Origin: Negaprion brevirostris
Taxonomy: Eukaryota
Direction: 5' to 3'
Assembly: GCA_030324005.1 (NCBI GenBank)
Contig: JARDVH010000106.1
Location: forward strand, 49,098,304 to 49,162,303
Length of the DNA: 64,000 nucleotides
A model generated the notes under the pieces. The model saw nothing but the letters and a program-made list of their open reading frames with translations. It did no database searches and was not told where the DNA came from. Positions 22,898-35,544 of the stretch are shown here, piece by piece; position 1 is the first letter of the stretch; the number at the start of each line of letters is the position of its first letter. Both the position numbers and the translations under genes were made by a program.

Positions 22898-24676
22898 GTT
22901 CAGTGCCATTACTTCGGATGTTTCAGATCAAAAGTGTATTTTATTGTACCGTTTATATTTTATGAGAAACCTTAATTGTGAGCATTTATTTTAAGTATTG
23001 TTCACTGCTGTAGAATCCAACTATACAATTAAACTGGCAATTTTTAATGCTAGTGAAAGTGCAATTCATCTGTTTAGTTTTGTAGTAGTGAATAATTCCT
23101 TTGATTGTGATAACAAAGAAGGGAAAAGAAGCAGATGACAACAAAGGACAAGGAGAAATAGATGGTAATGAATAGAGAGGAAAGAGTACAAGAAACTGGG
23201 ATTTGCTGTTTCTTGACTATGCCTATGAAAGCACAATAAGAACAAGTATTAACAACAGTCAATGAGGTAACTCCTTGTAATTGTTATCCCTGATCAATGA
23301 ATATTTTGCCCCCAATCTGGGACTTGCTAAGTCCCTTAATAATAAAATGTTGAATTGTGTGATAAATTGAGAAATTTTCCACATAGTTTTAATGTAACAA
23401 CCTAGAGCTGTGGAATAGTCATGTGCTTAATCCTCCACAGGAGCGCCTCGGACAGGAGGCCTCTGATTAGAGCCATTTTCTCCAGGCTGTAGATCAGTAA
23501 GGTTTGGCGATCTGTTTCTCCAATTTTCCACTGTGGGTTTTCGTTACCTGCTATTGTAAAAGTTAAGGGAGGTGGTGAAGGATTCCTGGGCATTCTGCCA
23601 TGTATTTGGCGACTCTCCCTTCAGAGCAGGACTGCTTTGATGGATGTTTTTTGAATAATTAACACCAGGTTGAAAGGTTTGCTTGAAATTTGGGAAACAA
23701 ATATAGGTTGCCCTATTGAAGAAAGACTAAAAAGGGTTCTCCAGTTGTGAACTTAAACTGAATGTGGAAATGGTGTTTATGAAAGCTTAAGATATGTTGG
23801 CACAAAGAAAGCCAATATTTTGAGTAGAACTTTGTAAGTCAAAAAATTATTTGAAGTGAACATGACCCTGGCTTCTGGTGAATGTCATCAGGTGAGCGGT
23901 GAACTTCCTAAGCTTACTAACTGCCCAGTGGAAGGGGACATCTGAACATAAATGTCAACAGGGTATTGAATGACCTGTCAAGTTTTCACTTGCACTTTTC
24001 TATTCTGACATCTGTTTCCTGTTGCATTTTCTTCTGTGTGAAGGAATTCTTCCTGACATTCATAAATTGGCCATTCAACAGTTTTAACCTCCACTTCACT
24101 GAACTATTGTCATGCCTGACTTTGAATTGGTGCTCTTTTCCACATCATTTAAAATTTGAACATAATTCTATAATGTTTCCTTAAAATTGGCTTCTTTCAA
24201 AGCTGATGACATGTATTATTGCCCCCTTTTCCTTTATAATGCATTGGACTGAAGTTGGAAGTCAGCATTTGTGGTTATTCTGCACATAGTCTCCAGGGTT
24301 TTAAATGTTTCCCTTCTGTCAAGGCAAAAAACAAACTTGTGGTTTGATCAGAGAAGTACATAATTACAGTATGACAGTGTCATGACTTACAGGGTGTATA
24401 ACTTATTGCTTCCGATTAAGACAATCCTCTGTATCTGGAGTGTTAAATCATAAGTTTAACCCTTTCAATTAGTTGAGTGTTATTGAACTGGTCATGTGAT
24501 TTTATTGGGCATGCAGTGATTTATTTTCAGCTGTTTTCTAGCTTTGTACCAAATCATTGCTTTGCACTCATTATTGAATTGTGAGTTTGGAACGTATTCT
24601 GTCAGATTTATGTTTGCTTTGCTTAATGGAATTGGGCCAGATTTTCTATCCATTGAATTAAATTTATAAAATCTTG

Positions 24677-26130
24677 CGTTACGATCCCAGTTGATGTTAC
24701 TATTGGATTCAAAAGCCCCAAAATGGAACCCTGGCTCAGGAGACCATAATATTTTACTTTTTTAAGGAAATATGAAGGAATAGAGTCACAGGACTACCAA
24801 TTAGTTTTTAAAAAGAAGGAAACACGTTTATTAAACATGAAAAGTTTGATTATAATACAATAGTCCTTCACTCTCCCCTCAGCATCACAAATGTACACCG
24901 ATATCAATGATAACTCCCGACTCTGAAAGTAAAAACCAAAGCTACTCCATCAGTCTTCCTTGGATTTTTTTCAGTCCCTCCCCCCACCCCCACCCCAACC
25001 CCCCACAGGTATTGTCACAAGAGTGTTTCCAAGCTCCACTCTCTTCTTTCAAACAATACATTCCATCAACTGTTTTAATCAACAATCCAACACTCCTGTA
25101 GTAAGTTATCACAAACCTTAGAAACACTTCAGTTATTTTCCTGGCTTCTCAGTAGCCAACTCCTTTTTAGCTGCCTGTCTTCTTTGAACATGATCCTGTT
25201 CTAATGCCTATTTCCTCTGTTCATTTAACTTCATGCTTCCTGGAAACTACATTTCTTTAGTTTCCTTAACTACCTGTCTTTTAGATTTCTGGCACTGACT
25301 TCCTTAACCATTACTCCATTGTATGGCCTTTCTTCCAACAAAGCTGAGAGATGTTACCTTTCTAGCTGCCTTTCACTGACTGCTATGAATTCAGTTAAAA
25401 CACACTCAGAAAAGAGCCTTCCTGTCCTAAAGGTGCTCCTGATTGCTAAGCAACCACTCTTTCCTTCACCACGATTTTGTTTACTTTTCACGATATAAAT
25501 CTCTCTAAGCACAATAAAGGCACAGTTTGAACTGATCAAAAGTTTTACTTTCCTTGCACAGAACCAACAATTAAAAGCATCTAAACCTATATCTTATTTC
25601 TAATCTTTAATACAAATATAGCTAACTTAAAATCGCCCATTTTCCTGCTTGTTGCATTAAATGATTCTAAACCATTTATTCATCCATTATAAGAACATAA
25701 GAAATAGGAGCAGGAGTAGGCCATCTAGCCCTTCAAGCCTGCCCTGNNNNNNNNNNNNNNNNNNNNNNNNNNNNNNNNNNNNNNNNNNNNNNNNNNNNNN
25801 NNNNNNNNNNNNNNNNNNNNNNNNNNNNNNNNNNNNNNNNNNNNNNCCTCTCATCCTCTAAGGGTCCAACATTCACCCTAGCCAGCCTTCTCCTTTTTAT
25901 ATATTTATAAAAACTCTTACTATCCTTTTTTATATTAAGCGCTAGCCTAGATTATATTTTAGCACTCCAATATTATTACTGATATATGCATGTGCAGCTA
26001 TGTATGATAACTATCAGCTTTAAAGGGCAAATTATATGTAAGTATAGGGTACTCTAGGAGAGATACTTTTCAGTGTAAAGCTCTTCCTTGTATGATTGGA
26101 CTAAACAATATCTAAAAATTTCCTGTAACA
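24677..26130 (-). mobile_element. Probable solo LTR, interrupted by a young CR1 tail (25691-25945)
   Basis: Termini CGTTAC..(24677) and ..GTAACA (26130); minus-strand AATAAA near the left end (TTTATT ~24827). No TSD seen, so the right boundary is uncertain. Confidence 0.35.
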
Positions 26131-26149
26131 AGTATTTGGTGGGCAAGCG

Positions 26150-26335
26150 GAAAGTTAGCTTGTGCATTCTCCATGGCAATATCTCTACCAATCTGAGCCC
26201 AATTGGCACTCTCCCCTTGTGAAGAATAAATTGTTGTTTCCTTTACATTTGATATTCTTATGAATTTCCTGATGAATGCAAGATGAAAAGCTTTGACTGC
26301 ATTTATTGTTTTTCAGCTCAAGCTCTGTACTACCA
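26150..26335 (+). mobile_element. Second Penelope-type pLTR family with a minimal hammerhead motif
   Basis: CTGATGA (26269-26275)-ATGCAAGAT-GAAA (26285-26288)-AGCT-TT-GAC, preceded by CCAAT and AATAAA boxes. Confidence 0.55.
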
Positions 26336-27072
26336 AAAAATTATTTTGTGTTACCTTGAGTGTTTTATAATGAAAGTTTCCTCTTACATACATTAATAGT
26401 TACAGAAGCGTTTTCCATTTAAGCAAAAAACATACTGAGAGCACTTAGCAGGTTAGACAGCCTCTGGCACTTTTCATACTCTGTCTGTATTCTTTCTGAT
26501 CCAGGTAAAATATTGTGCAACAGTTCAATCCACATCAAATACTCACATCATTTCAGTAATGAAATTTTGGCACATTAAAAACATAAAAGATGATTTGTGT
26601 TTAATATGAATCCTTTACTTTGTTGCTTTTTTTTGCTAAAATCAGGGACTTGAAATAATTAAATGGAGACTAATGAAGCTATAAAGCATTGAACCCTCTG
26701 GCTGATATCTTTTATGCAGATTCTCTCTGAAGCAAAGGTGTTTGGTTTGCATCATAACATGTTAGTAACAAGAGTTACTTCATTGTGTCTTGCGCTAAAG
26801 GATTTCACAACGTGCTGACAAAAAATGTTATGTTGTGGAAGAAGTAACATTTCTACATCCTAATGAGCACACTCTATATTTGTTTAATCAAATAATTCGA
26901 ATTGATTTGCCTGCTTAGTGGTATTTCCCTAATGTCCAAGAACTATAATTTCACATTTCATTATATGCAATTTCAATGGCTTGTAGTTTTAGGTGTTTGC
27001 TCAGCAAATGTCATTTTTCAAGCCACACTACTGGCTTTGTTTAATAAAAATGCTTATACTTAATCTGAGTAG

Positions 27073-27470
27073 TGACTTATACTTCACGTCCATGGCCACA
27101 GGACAAGGCAAAGAGTTTTTCAATGAATGAAGTACCTTTTGAAGTGTGGTCATTATGTTATTGCAGAAAGTGTGGCAGCAATTTGCATACAGCAAACCGC
27201 AATCCGATAAGATCGGATAGTTGAAGTATTTGCCAGGGAACACCAGAGATCATTGCTCTTCTCTCTTTTAAAATAGTGTCTTAAATCTTCTGCATCCATA
27301 AGAGAGAGCAGGAAGAGCCTCAGTTTAACATCTCATCCAAAAAGTACCATCTCCAACAAACCAGCACTCACTCAGTGCTGCATTGGTATGGCAGCCTAGC
27401 TTTCTGTGCTCAAGTCTTGGCATCGGACTTGAAGCCACAAGTGAGAATGCTATCTCCTGAGCCACGGCTT
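27073..27470 (-). mobile_element. DeuSINE (SacSINE1-like)
   Basis: Reverse complement contains CTTGAGCACAG..CTAGGCTG..GCAGCACTGAGTGAGTGCTG..TTGGATGAGATGTTAAACTGAGGC (Deu domain). Confidence 0.78.
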
Positions 27471-28966
27471 AAACCAGGGAAGGAGATCATACAGTTGCTT
27501 TTAAAAGACAGGCTACTGACACAAATTGGTTTCTTTGCATATAATTATAGAGATGTGTGGCCTACACAAGTATTTTTTCCTTTCTTTCACAGTTATTACA
27601 TGCAACTACCACCTGCTAGCCAAAGAAGTGGATGTCTCGTCAATGTGAAACAGCAGTAGTTAGCTGTGAAAAAGTGAATTTGTATCCCACTTCTGCTGGG
27701 TAGGGACTTCAAAGCTGCATGACAAAACGCTTAACAAACAAAAGGTTAATCTAATAGGCCAACCATTTAATGAGCAGAAGAAAAATGGATAAAATACCTC
27801 AGTCTTAAAATTATGCCACAGGATACCAGAATATAAGCACTTAGTGCAATCAAGGTATTTTATTTTTTCAATCATATAACAAAGACATCAATCCTTTTGC
27901 TTTAGTATCCTCTGGAACAATTTTGAGGCCAATGAAAAAGAAATGTTGAGCCAAATTCACTTGAAATGTAAAAAAAAGCTCCTTCCAGTTATTTGCAATT
28001 TTTGTGTCGAATATGTGTTGGATTTTGTGGGGTTTTAGATCTTCGGAAACAAAAAGGAAAATTGACTTTCAAGTGCTCATGTTTATGTTTGTCCAACTTT
28101 TGCATATCTTGGTGGTTTATTATCAAACATTTGTTCTGTTGCAATCAAAAAATGATATTCATAGTCTTAAGCAAATCTTCTAAATGACAATCATCATCAT
28201 GCTCAACTCGTTCAGACTCAACAACTGTGTAGTCTGATCAGTACACCATGCCACAGTGCTGTTGTTTTTGCATTTTTATTTGATAAGTGGATTAATGTTC
28301 TGCAGTTTTGCTAAATCTTAAATTTCATCAAAATCATGAATGCATCCAATACTTTACATTGTGATTGAAGTAGAAAATAACCCATTAGCATCTCTGCAAT
28401 CAGCCATTAGTGAGATGTTATGCTGGAAGCGATGGTCAGTTCACTGTTGCTGATTTCTAGTTAGGTAGACAAAACATCGACTACGGTTAATTTGGTTTTT
28501 TATTGAGAGCAGAGCCTACATTAAATTATCCTTGTTCTTGTAAACTTTCAAGTAGATTGGAAAGCACCCTCAATGTTCGTCTGCCTGAGGTTGTAGGAAA
28601 CCTGTTCAGATAGTTGAGAATTGAAAAAGGTAGGTACACCAAGAATAGATTAATTGATTTTCTTTCCAGCTCCAGCTGTTCTCTGATATATTCAACTAGC
28701 TGCATTTTCTGTAGTTACCACAAAACTACTTTATTAACATTTGAGTTGATTTTATAAACTGGTTTCAATATGTGAGTTATTCATATTTAATCAGAAATAA
28801 AAGTGCACATTACAATTCTATTTGACAACTTTACATAATATAATTCACCATCTCTTGTTCTTTCAATTCCCTTGTTCAATGTAAGCCCTAGATTTTCAGG
28901 AAGAGGGCTATATATTGTATTTGCATTTTAATAAATCATTGTTTCCCCTTCAAACTGAGTCTTCCA

Positions 28967-28992
28967 TACAGACACACACATACACACACACA
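28967..28992. repeat. Imperfect (CA)n microsatellite
   Basis: TACAGACACACACATACACACACACA. Confidence 0.8.
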
Positions 28993-29441
28993 CTAATGGA
29001 CTAAATCTGCATCTGAACAGAGGCTCCACTGCTTGTAGGATTTCTTCTCAAATGACAGTTTGTCTCTCAAAGTGATTTGCTGAAGAGTGGGCTACACTTG
29101 AAAGCTTTAAAATTGCTTCAGAGACTTGACAAGAACACAGCCTAAGCTAAAGGAGAGATTAATAAGGAAGACCACAAGCTTCATGAAAGAGTTAGGTTCT
29201 AAGAATGGTACTTTTTGAAGAAGGGGGGGGTGGAAGTTCAGGCTGTAGGACCCAGGTGCCAGTAATGCTGCCTGAGGTCTGGGTGATCAAAATAGAAAGT
29301 TCTGGGGAATAAGATCTGCAAGACCTTGTGAATGAGGTGCAGATCTTCTCACATGCTTTGATAAATTGATTTTCATTTTCTCGAAATAGCATCAAAGCAG
29401 TGGATCCTTGAGGATTCACAATTGGTCTTACATTATTCCTT

Positions 29442-30129
29442 GGCCCAGATTTATAGTGTTATGGTGAAGCTGTTAACTTCCACTATCATTACTCCTCTGA
29501 AACTGACAGCAACTTCTGGAGTCCGCGCATGCAGCTAAATGTGGAAATCCAAATGTTGCTGTCAGTGATTCTATGCCTCCCCTTAGATTGTGCTATTGAG
29601 GTTCCCCAGACAGTAGAAATCATGGAAAACTGGCAAAAACTTGTCTTTCTCCACTATTAGTATTGCTGTAACTAACCTTGAAAAGGTTACATCTTCTGAG
29701 TAGTTGTAATTGGGTTTCTAACTGTGTACCAAGCCCATAATTACTGTTAAACAGTTTAAAATACAATTTTTATATTTGTGCAATACCGTACCTCCATTGT
29801 GATTTTTTTTTTTATAAAAACAACTGTTTTTTTGACATGCATCTTCAGCCTAAATCTGATGCGTTAGTCCCAATCAATTATTTTGTTCTCTGTTAAGGAT
29901 TTTAATTAAAGGCGAAAGGTTCAGTGCATTTTACTTGTTTTGCTGTCTGCAAAAATATTTCAATGTGATTGGCTGACTACCCTGCTTGATGGCATCATTG
30001 TTGCTGGGCAACTGGAGATCCTCTAAACTAGGTATTAGAATCACATTGGTGTTGGGAAAGGGGAAACATGAGCCACAGAGATCACTAGATCTTTGTGTGC
30101 CCGTTACCTTTTCATCACTGACAGTGGCC
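29442..30129. mobile_element. Probable decayed non-autonomous DNA transposon
   Basis: GGCCCAGATTT start. Internal inverted repeat ACTGACAGCAAC (29502) / GTTGCTGTCAGT (29555) around GCGCATGC. Confidence 0.4.
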
Positions 30130-30199
30130 GATTGAATGTCAGTAACATTGATTTTGTTCTTTTTGCTGATTGTAACACTCTGAGTGATTAACTGCTGAC

Positions 30200-30413
30200 C
30201 TGCATCTGTGAGAACCACTTTCAGTGAAATATGGACAGACAGACAGGCCGACCAGTATGCGGAAAAATGATGTGGTATCTTCAGGGTTGAGAAGGTTGTG
30301 TGAATAATTTGCGAAAACTTGACTGCAATATTTCCCACCAGCCGTATCTCTAAAAAGCCGTCTTCAGTTACAAACTGTCGGATGGGCAAAAGATGGTGAT
30401 GAAGCACATCTTC
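30200..30413 (-). CDS. Candidate internal exon (214 nt, phase 0 to 1) of an unidentified gene
   Basis: Acceptor CTTGTTTCATAATTTTAG|G, donor CAG|GTCAGC. Open frame EDVLHHHLLPIRQFVTEDGFLEIRLVGNIAVKFSQ..VVLTDA. Locally CpG-retaining. No homolog recognised. Confidence 0.4.
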
Positions 30414-30854
30414 CTAAAATTATGAAACAAGAACAATGTCCAATAGTCACAATACTGAATTAAAAAGACTGAAAAAAAGGTTAAATAAATCAAAAGTAGT
30501 TATTTGCTAATTCTAAGCTTTGTACGTTGGTGGGAGGAAACCCTAAAGAAGGGCAAAGAATCCCATAATGTAGTTGGCTGTGACAATGAATGCTTTAGAA
30601 TGAGAGTCTGTACCGAGTTCTTGATAGACTGGGGTTATGGAATAAGGTAGGAGGAAGTAAACATGGAGAGCAGAATATTTGTAGTACATGAAGGAATAGG
30701 GGACAAAAAGTTTGAGCATTGCTCATAATGCTGACACAAACCTAACAATAACTGATTATATTTGAATGCAGCAGAGCTATTTGAGGAGCATCTTCACATG
30801 TGGTTAGCAGAATGAAAATTCTTCAGAAAGCTTTCTGAAGTCCTCCATCCAACA

Positions 30855-31070
30855 GTGCAGATTAGGTAGGTTGACCATGCTGAATGCCCCTTCGTGTCCC
30901 AAAATGTGTAGATTGGTTAGATTNNNNNNNNNNNNNNNNNNNNNNNNNNNNNNNNNNNNNNNNNNNNNNNNNNNNNNNNNNNNNNNNNNNNNNNNNNNNN
31001 NNCTGTGACAGAGAGTTGGTAAAGGCTTGATGAGCCAAATGGCCTCTTCTGCACTGTAGGGAGCTTATGA
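30855..31070 (+). mobile_element. HE1 V-SINE 3' half, spanning a gap
   Basis: GATTAGGTAGGTTGACCATGCT..AAATGGCCTCTTCTGCACTGTAGGG. Confidence 0.8.
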
Positions 31071-33969
31071 TTTTATTCCCAACAAATATCATAACTTTGG
31101 TTGACATGATACAGAAGAAGCTAATTCATTGCTCCTGAGTCCAGTTTTACTCAAAGAATGATTGGAGTAGCTTGTTCAATGACCTTACTCGTTCAAAAGT
31201 TATGGTTGTACTTTTGCAAGATTTTATGAGAGAGGCATAGGAGAGTATTCAACTGAGACAGATTCAGAAACATTAATCAAATTATGCTCCAAAGTACTTT
31301 CTCAATCATTATTGGCCAACCTGATGGGGATGATATTGCAGGAGCCACCCATTAAATACCCGACTGTAATTAAGTTGGAAAGATGAAGAAGAGAGAAAGT
31401 GTATGCAAAAAAAGCAGAGTGGAGAGAGAAGGCCAGAAGAGGGCCATGATAAGATCAGGAAGTAAGTGGACAAAAAGAGCAGCATTACAATAAAAGGTTT
31501 TACTTGGGTCAGGTGGTAAATAAACAGGAAGCTACAACGGGATATTTCATTGTGTCTCATATATCTGGGTTATAGGGGATGGGTGAGCCAAGACCTTGGA
31601 AATCTTGTTTTTGTGTATGCTTTTAAATTATTGGACAATATGCAGAGATTTCATGGATTAGAAATTTCCCTCAAAAGTGTAAATAATGAAACAGGGTGGC
31701 ATCAGGATTTTTCATATTAACCCAGTCTCCTTCACGCAGAGAAAGAGTTTGTCTTTATTTTAAGTAGTATCTAACCAATGAAGTATCATCCTGCATGTCG
31801 GTGATAGTTATTCAGGATGTAACAATAATGATTCCCTAGTTCCATAATCTGCATAATATCTTTTAAAAAAATCCAAGATCTGCACAATATTTAATGGTGA
31901 AACAATTCTGCCTGCATGGTTCTTAGGAAAATGAAGCTATCCCCTGCATCAATGATGGTGACCCCACAAAGGGACCACGTAACCATGGCCCGGAACTGTT
32001 ACCATTTGTGTTTGAAATTCTGTGACAGCCATACCCACGTCCTTCATTTTCCAGTTGCATATGGATGGTTATCAAACTTTTGACAGTGAAATATGTTATG
32101 TTTGCTGCAATTAAAAACAAGGATAAAATAAACTTGCAACACAATTGATATTTTTAACAATGCTATTGTACAATCCTACATATAAATTTGTCAAAAGAAC
32201 TTGAACTTGGTGGCAGTGCAGTGGGAAGAATTTACAACAAAACTATCTAATTAGAGTAAATTATGGAAGGAAAATATTCAACAGTCACAAAACTCTTACT
32301 CTCTCAAAAAATAATTATATTTCTTTGAATATGGAAGAGATTCAAATAAATATTTGAAGAGATCCTGCTATGCATAACCATATATGCAATCCAACAGCAT
32401 GTAAAGACATTTTCAGGTTAGCTTGAAGAATGCTGTTGTGTTCTTAGTGTCTGTGATACTTTACAACCATTTTATACCTACCCACAGTTCACTAATCAGC
32501 ATTACAAATCACAGAAGTGGATAAATGAGTAGATGTATGGAATTTTAAATTAAAAAAGGGATTGTGTTTCTATGCTGCCTAATCATTTCTCTCGTAAAGC
32601 TTTGAAAGGGTCTCATGTATAGTTACTGGTGTTCAAATGAAATAACCATTATTATGCAGGCATCTACAATAGCCATTGCCTGCAAAGCAATGAAAAGACC
32701 GATTTTGTGATAACTAGGAATGGAATGTTGGCCAAGCATAGCTCTCTGATTTTCTTCAAATACAGCCATTAAAGGAGACAAATGACCCTCGCTTCAATGT
32801 TTTATCTTAGCGACAGCATGCAATAAAGTGCTACAGAGGTTTTAGTCTAGATGGTGAATCAAGATGTAGTAGGGAATCCTTCAACTTGGTTTCTGATTTT
32901 ATTACAGATAACTCACAGAAACTGTTGGAGGATAAGACATCCTGCTAATACTATTCCTGACCAGAGAGCAGATGATGCTACCATTAAGAGCATTCTTCAC
33001 GTCTGGCATACTGACATGTTTCACTTTGATAAACATAAAAAGGCATACCTCCAAATTCTTAAATTGGTTTCAAAGTATTTTTGGGCTTATCTTAAAGAAA
33101 TAATGTCATTTTTTTCAGAAGCTTTTGACAAGTTAATTTCCTCAAACTGCTGACTTTTACAAAAATTGATATGGCAGGGGATTTAAGATGTGCATCATGT
33201 AATACAATGATGGTTTCCAAAAAAGTGGTGCAGTGTTTTAATGCTGTCAATGGGGTGCTGACTATTACATAATCATGTGAATTTATTTTCTAATTAATTC
33301 ATCAAGACAAAGATACAGCTTTAATAGCAAGGTACAGGTAGCATTGAAAACTCATTAGTTGAAGGGAAGGAAAACAAACATGGAATAATCAATTTTACCA
33401 GAATAGGTTTTAGTTCTGTTATTAGATCATACCAAATGTATTCAACAATGACAGTAAATGTATACTGTGTTACTCAATCAATGAAGTTTCACTTGGACAA
33501 ATACTTTACCCTACTATTAAATTCTAATCTTCTTGGTTTGCACATTTGGTAAAACAAAAGGCTGTAGAACTGCATGCCACAGTTAAGGCATAACCACTTT
33601 GTTAAAAATAAATCATGCATCCTGTGCATGAGGGATGAAATTATGTTTAATAAAACTTACTTGATTGCACAATGAACATGTGACCAAAGTAACAAATTGA
33701 GACTGCAGATTCACTCCAATAATACAGCAAAAAACACTCTCTAGAGTTTAGTGTACAGCAGCGAAAAAGACATCACTTCCATACAGATCTGTTCCTAACT
33801 TCCGCACTCACAAGAACTTTAGAAAGACATAGAGCTACATACTGTTAAGTCCTCAATCACAGAAAGGTGGAACACAATTTTTATTTCTTGTAGAGGAGAA
33901 GAAGGAAGAGAAAGTTTACGATTCTTAGGAATGTTCACATTTAATATTGCCAAAAGGTATGTTACACAG

Positions 33970-33986
33970 TCAACAGATGGCAGCAC
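33970..33986 (+). promoter_or_regulatory. Candidate CTCF-like site (also an E-box, CAGATG)
   Basis: TCAACAGATGGCAGCAC resembles the CCAGCAGATGGCAGCA class of CTCF core motifs; lies in TE-free sequence. Confidence 0.3.
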
Positions 33987-34732
33987 AGTGTGATTTGATG
34001 ATTCAGAATTTAATAATTAAAATGCACAAAGCTCGGATAACAGCTAAAGTTAGTAAATTAAACATAACTGGCAAGCGAGTTTTAAAGAAGGTTATAATGC
34101 GTCTGTTTATTACATCCAGTTTTAGAGACCTGACAGATTTGTTTCCATAAACTTGAAAAAAAATAGAATTTTGGACAGAGTAATAAAGAGGATTTGCAAT
34201 TGCTTCCTTACATTAAGCTGGACGGATGTGAAATAATGGTAGATTAGGTTGGCCACCCACCTCTGAGTCACAGGAGTTATTACAATGTAAAATAACTTGT
34301 ACAGGGCAAAATTAAGGGATTTGATTTCCTCAAAAAAGGCACTGAAAGCTGAAGACTTAAGAAATATTATAGAATACGTCATTACTTAAATAAAACATGA
34401 GACTTTTGGATATTGTTGTTCTGTGTATTTACAGTAGTAATTATTGCTTGATTCACGGTGGCCAAGACACAAGTATATAGTACTTCTGAAGATAAAAGTG
34501 CAGATGCTGAAATTCTAATGCAAGTCTAATGGGCTTTTTGTTTTTGAAAATCATGTACAAATGTGGTTGTGCTGGCTGGAACGTGGGCCACTCTGAAGTT
34601 TGCATCCTCTCCAATTTTGAATACACTACTTTCAGAAAACAGTGATTAATTGATCTGCAGTGTACATGGCTGGAGCAAATAGCATCCACTTGAGGCAATT
34701 GCAGCTAGCATGCTTTCAGCTTACAATTTAAA

Positions 34733-34992
34733 AATTTATTTATTCGTGCCACAAGTAAGTTTAAATTAACGCTGCAATGAAATTACTGTTAAAATCTCTT
34801 AGTCGCTACATTCCGGCACCTGTTCAGATACACTGAGGGAGAATTTAGCATGGCCAATGCATTTAACCAGCACATCTTTCGGAGTGTGGGAGGAAACTGG
34901 AGCACCCAGAGGAAACCCATGCAGACATGGGGAGAATGTGCAAACTCCATACAAACAGTGACCAAGCTGGGAATCGAACCCAGGTCCCTGGC
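34733..34992 (-). mobile_element. V-SINE with alternative (non-HER1) tail, 5' truncated
   Basis: V-domain plus a tail whose reverse complement is CTCCCTCAGTGTATCTGAACAGGTGCCGG..TTCATTGCAGCGTTAAT..CTTGTGGCACGAATAAATAAA. Confidence 0.88.
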
Positions 34993-35544
34993 TGCCCTAT
35001 TATTTCTGTGAAATAACTTATTGCAATAAGAAAGTGGAAGTTGATGAAGATATATAAGGGCAACACTGTTCCATTTTCATGTTGCAATTGGTGCATCAGA
35101 GGAAAATGATCCTATTTGTGGCAGAACTAATGAATTCAACTCATCAGGAGTTGTTGATACGGCTGCCAACCGGACAGTGAGCTTGGCTATTTTGCTAGTG
35201 TCTCCAAAATAGAGATATATATTTGAAGCAGATTTGGATGACTGTTTATCTGTATATTTTTAATAAGGTTTTAGTAGTTTTAATCAGGTTTTGAAGCACT
35301 GTTTTCTTACTTCAGCTTTTGATGAGCATCTCAAAAACTATGTAAAGCCTATCACGTGTTCCTTGGATATTGGGTGAGTGGGTACTGAGGCTCCTTAGAG
35401 GGCTAGGGTAGTGAGGCTGTATGGAAGGGGTTTGGTAGTAAAATGTGAGGGTTAGGGCCCTCACACTCATCTACCCAACTGAACTGATGTCTGAGTGAAT
35501 AGAGGTGGGTCCTTTAACCTGAAACCACATCACAAGAACTCAAA

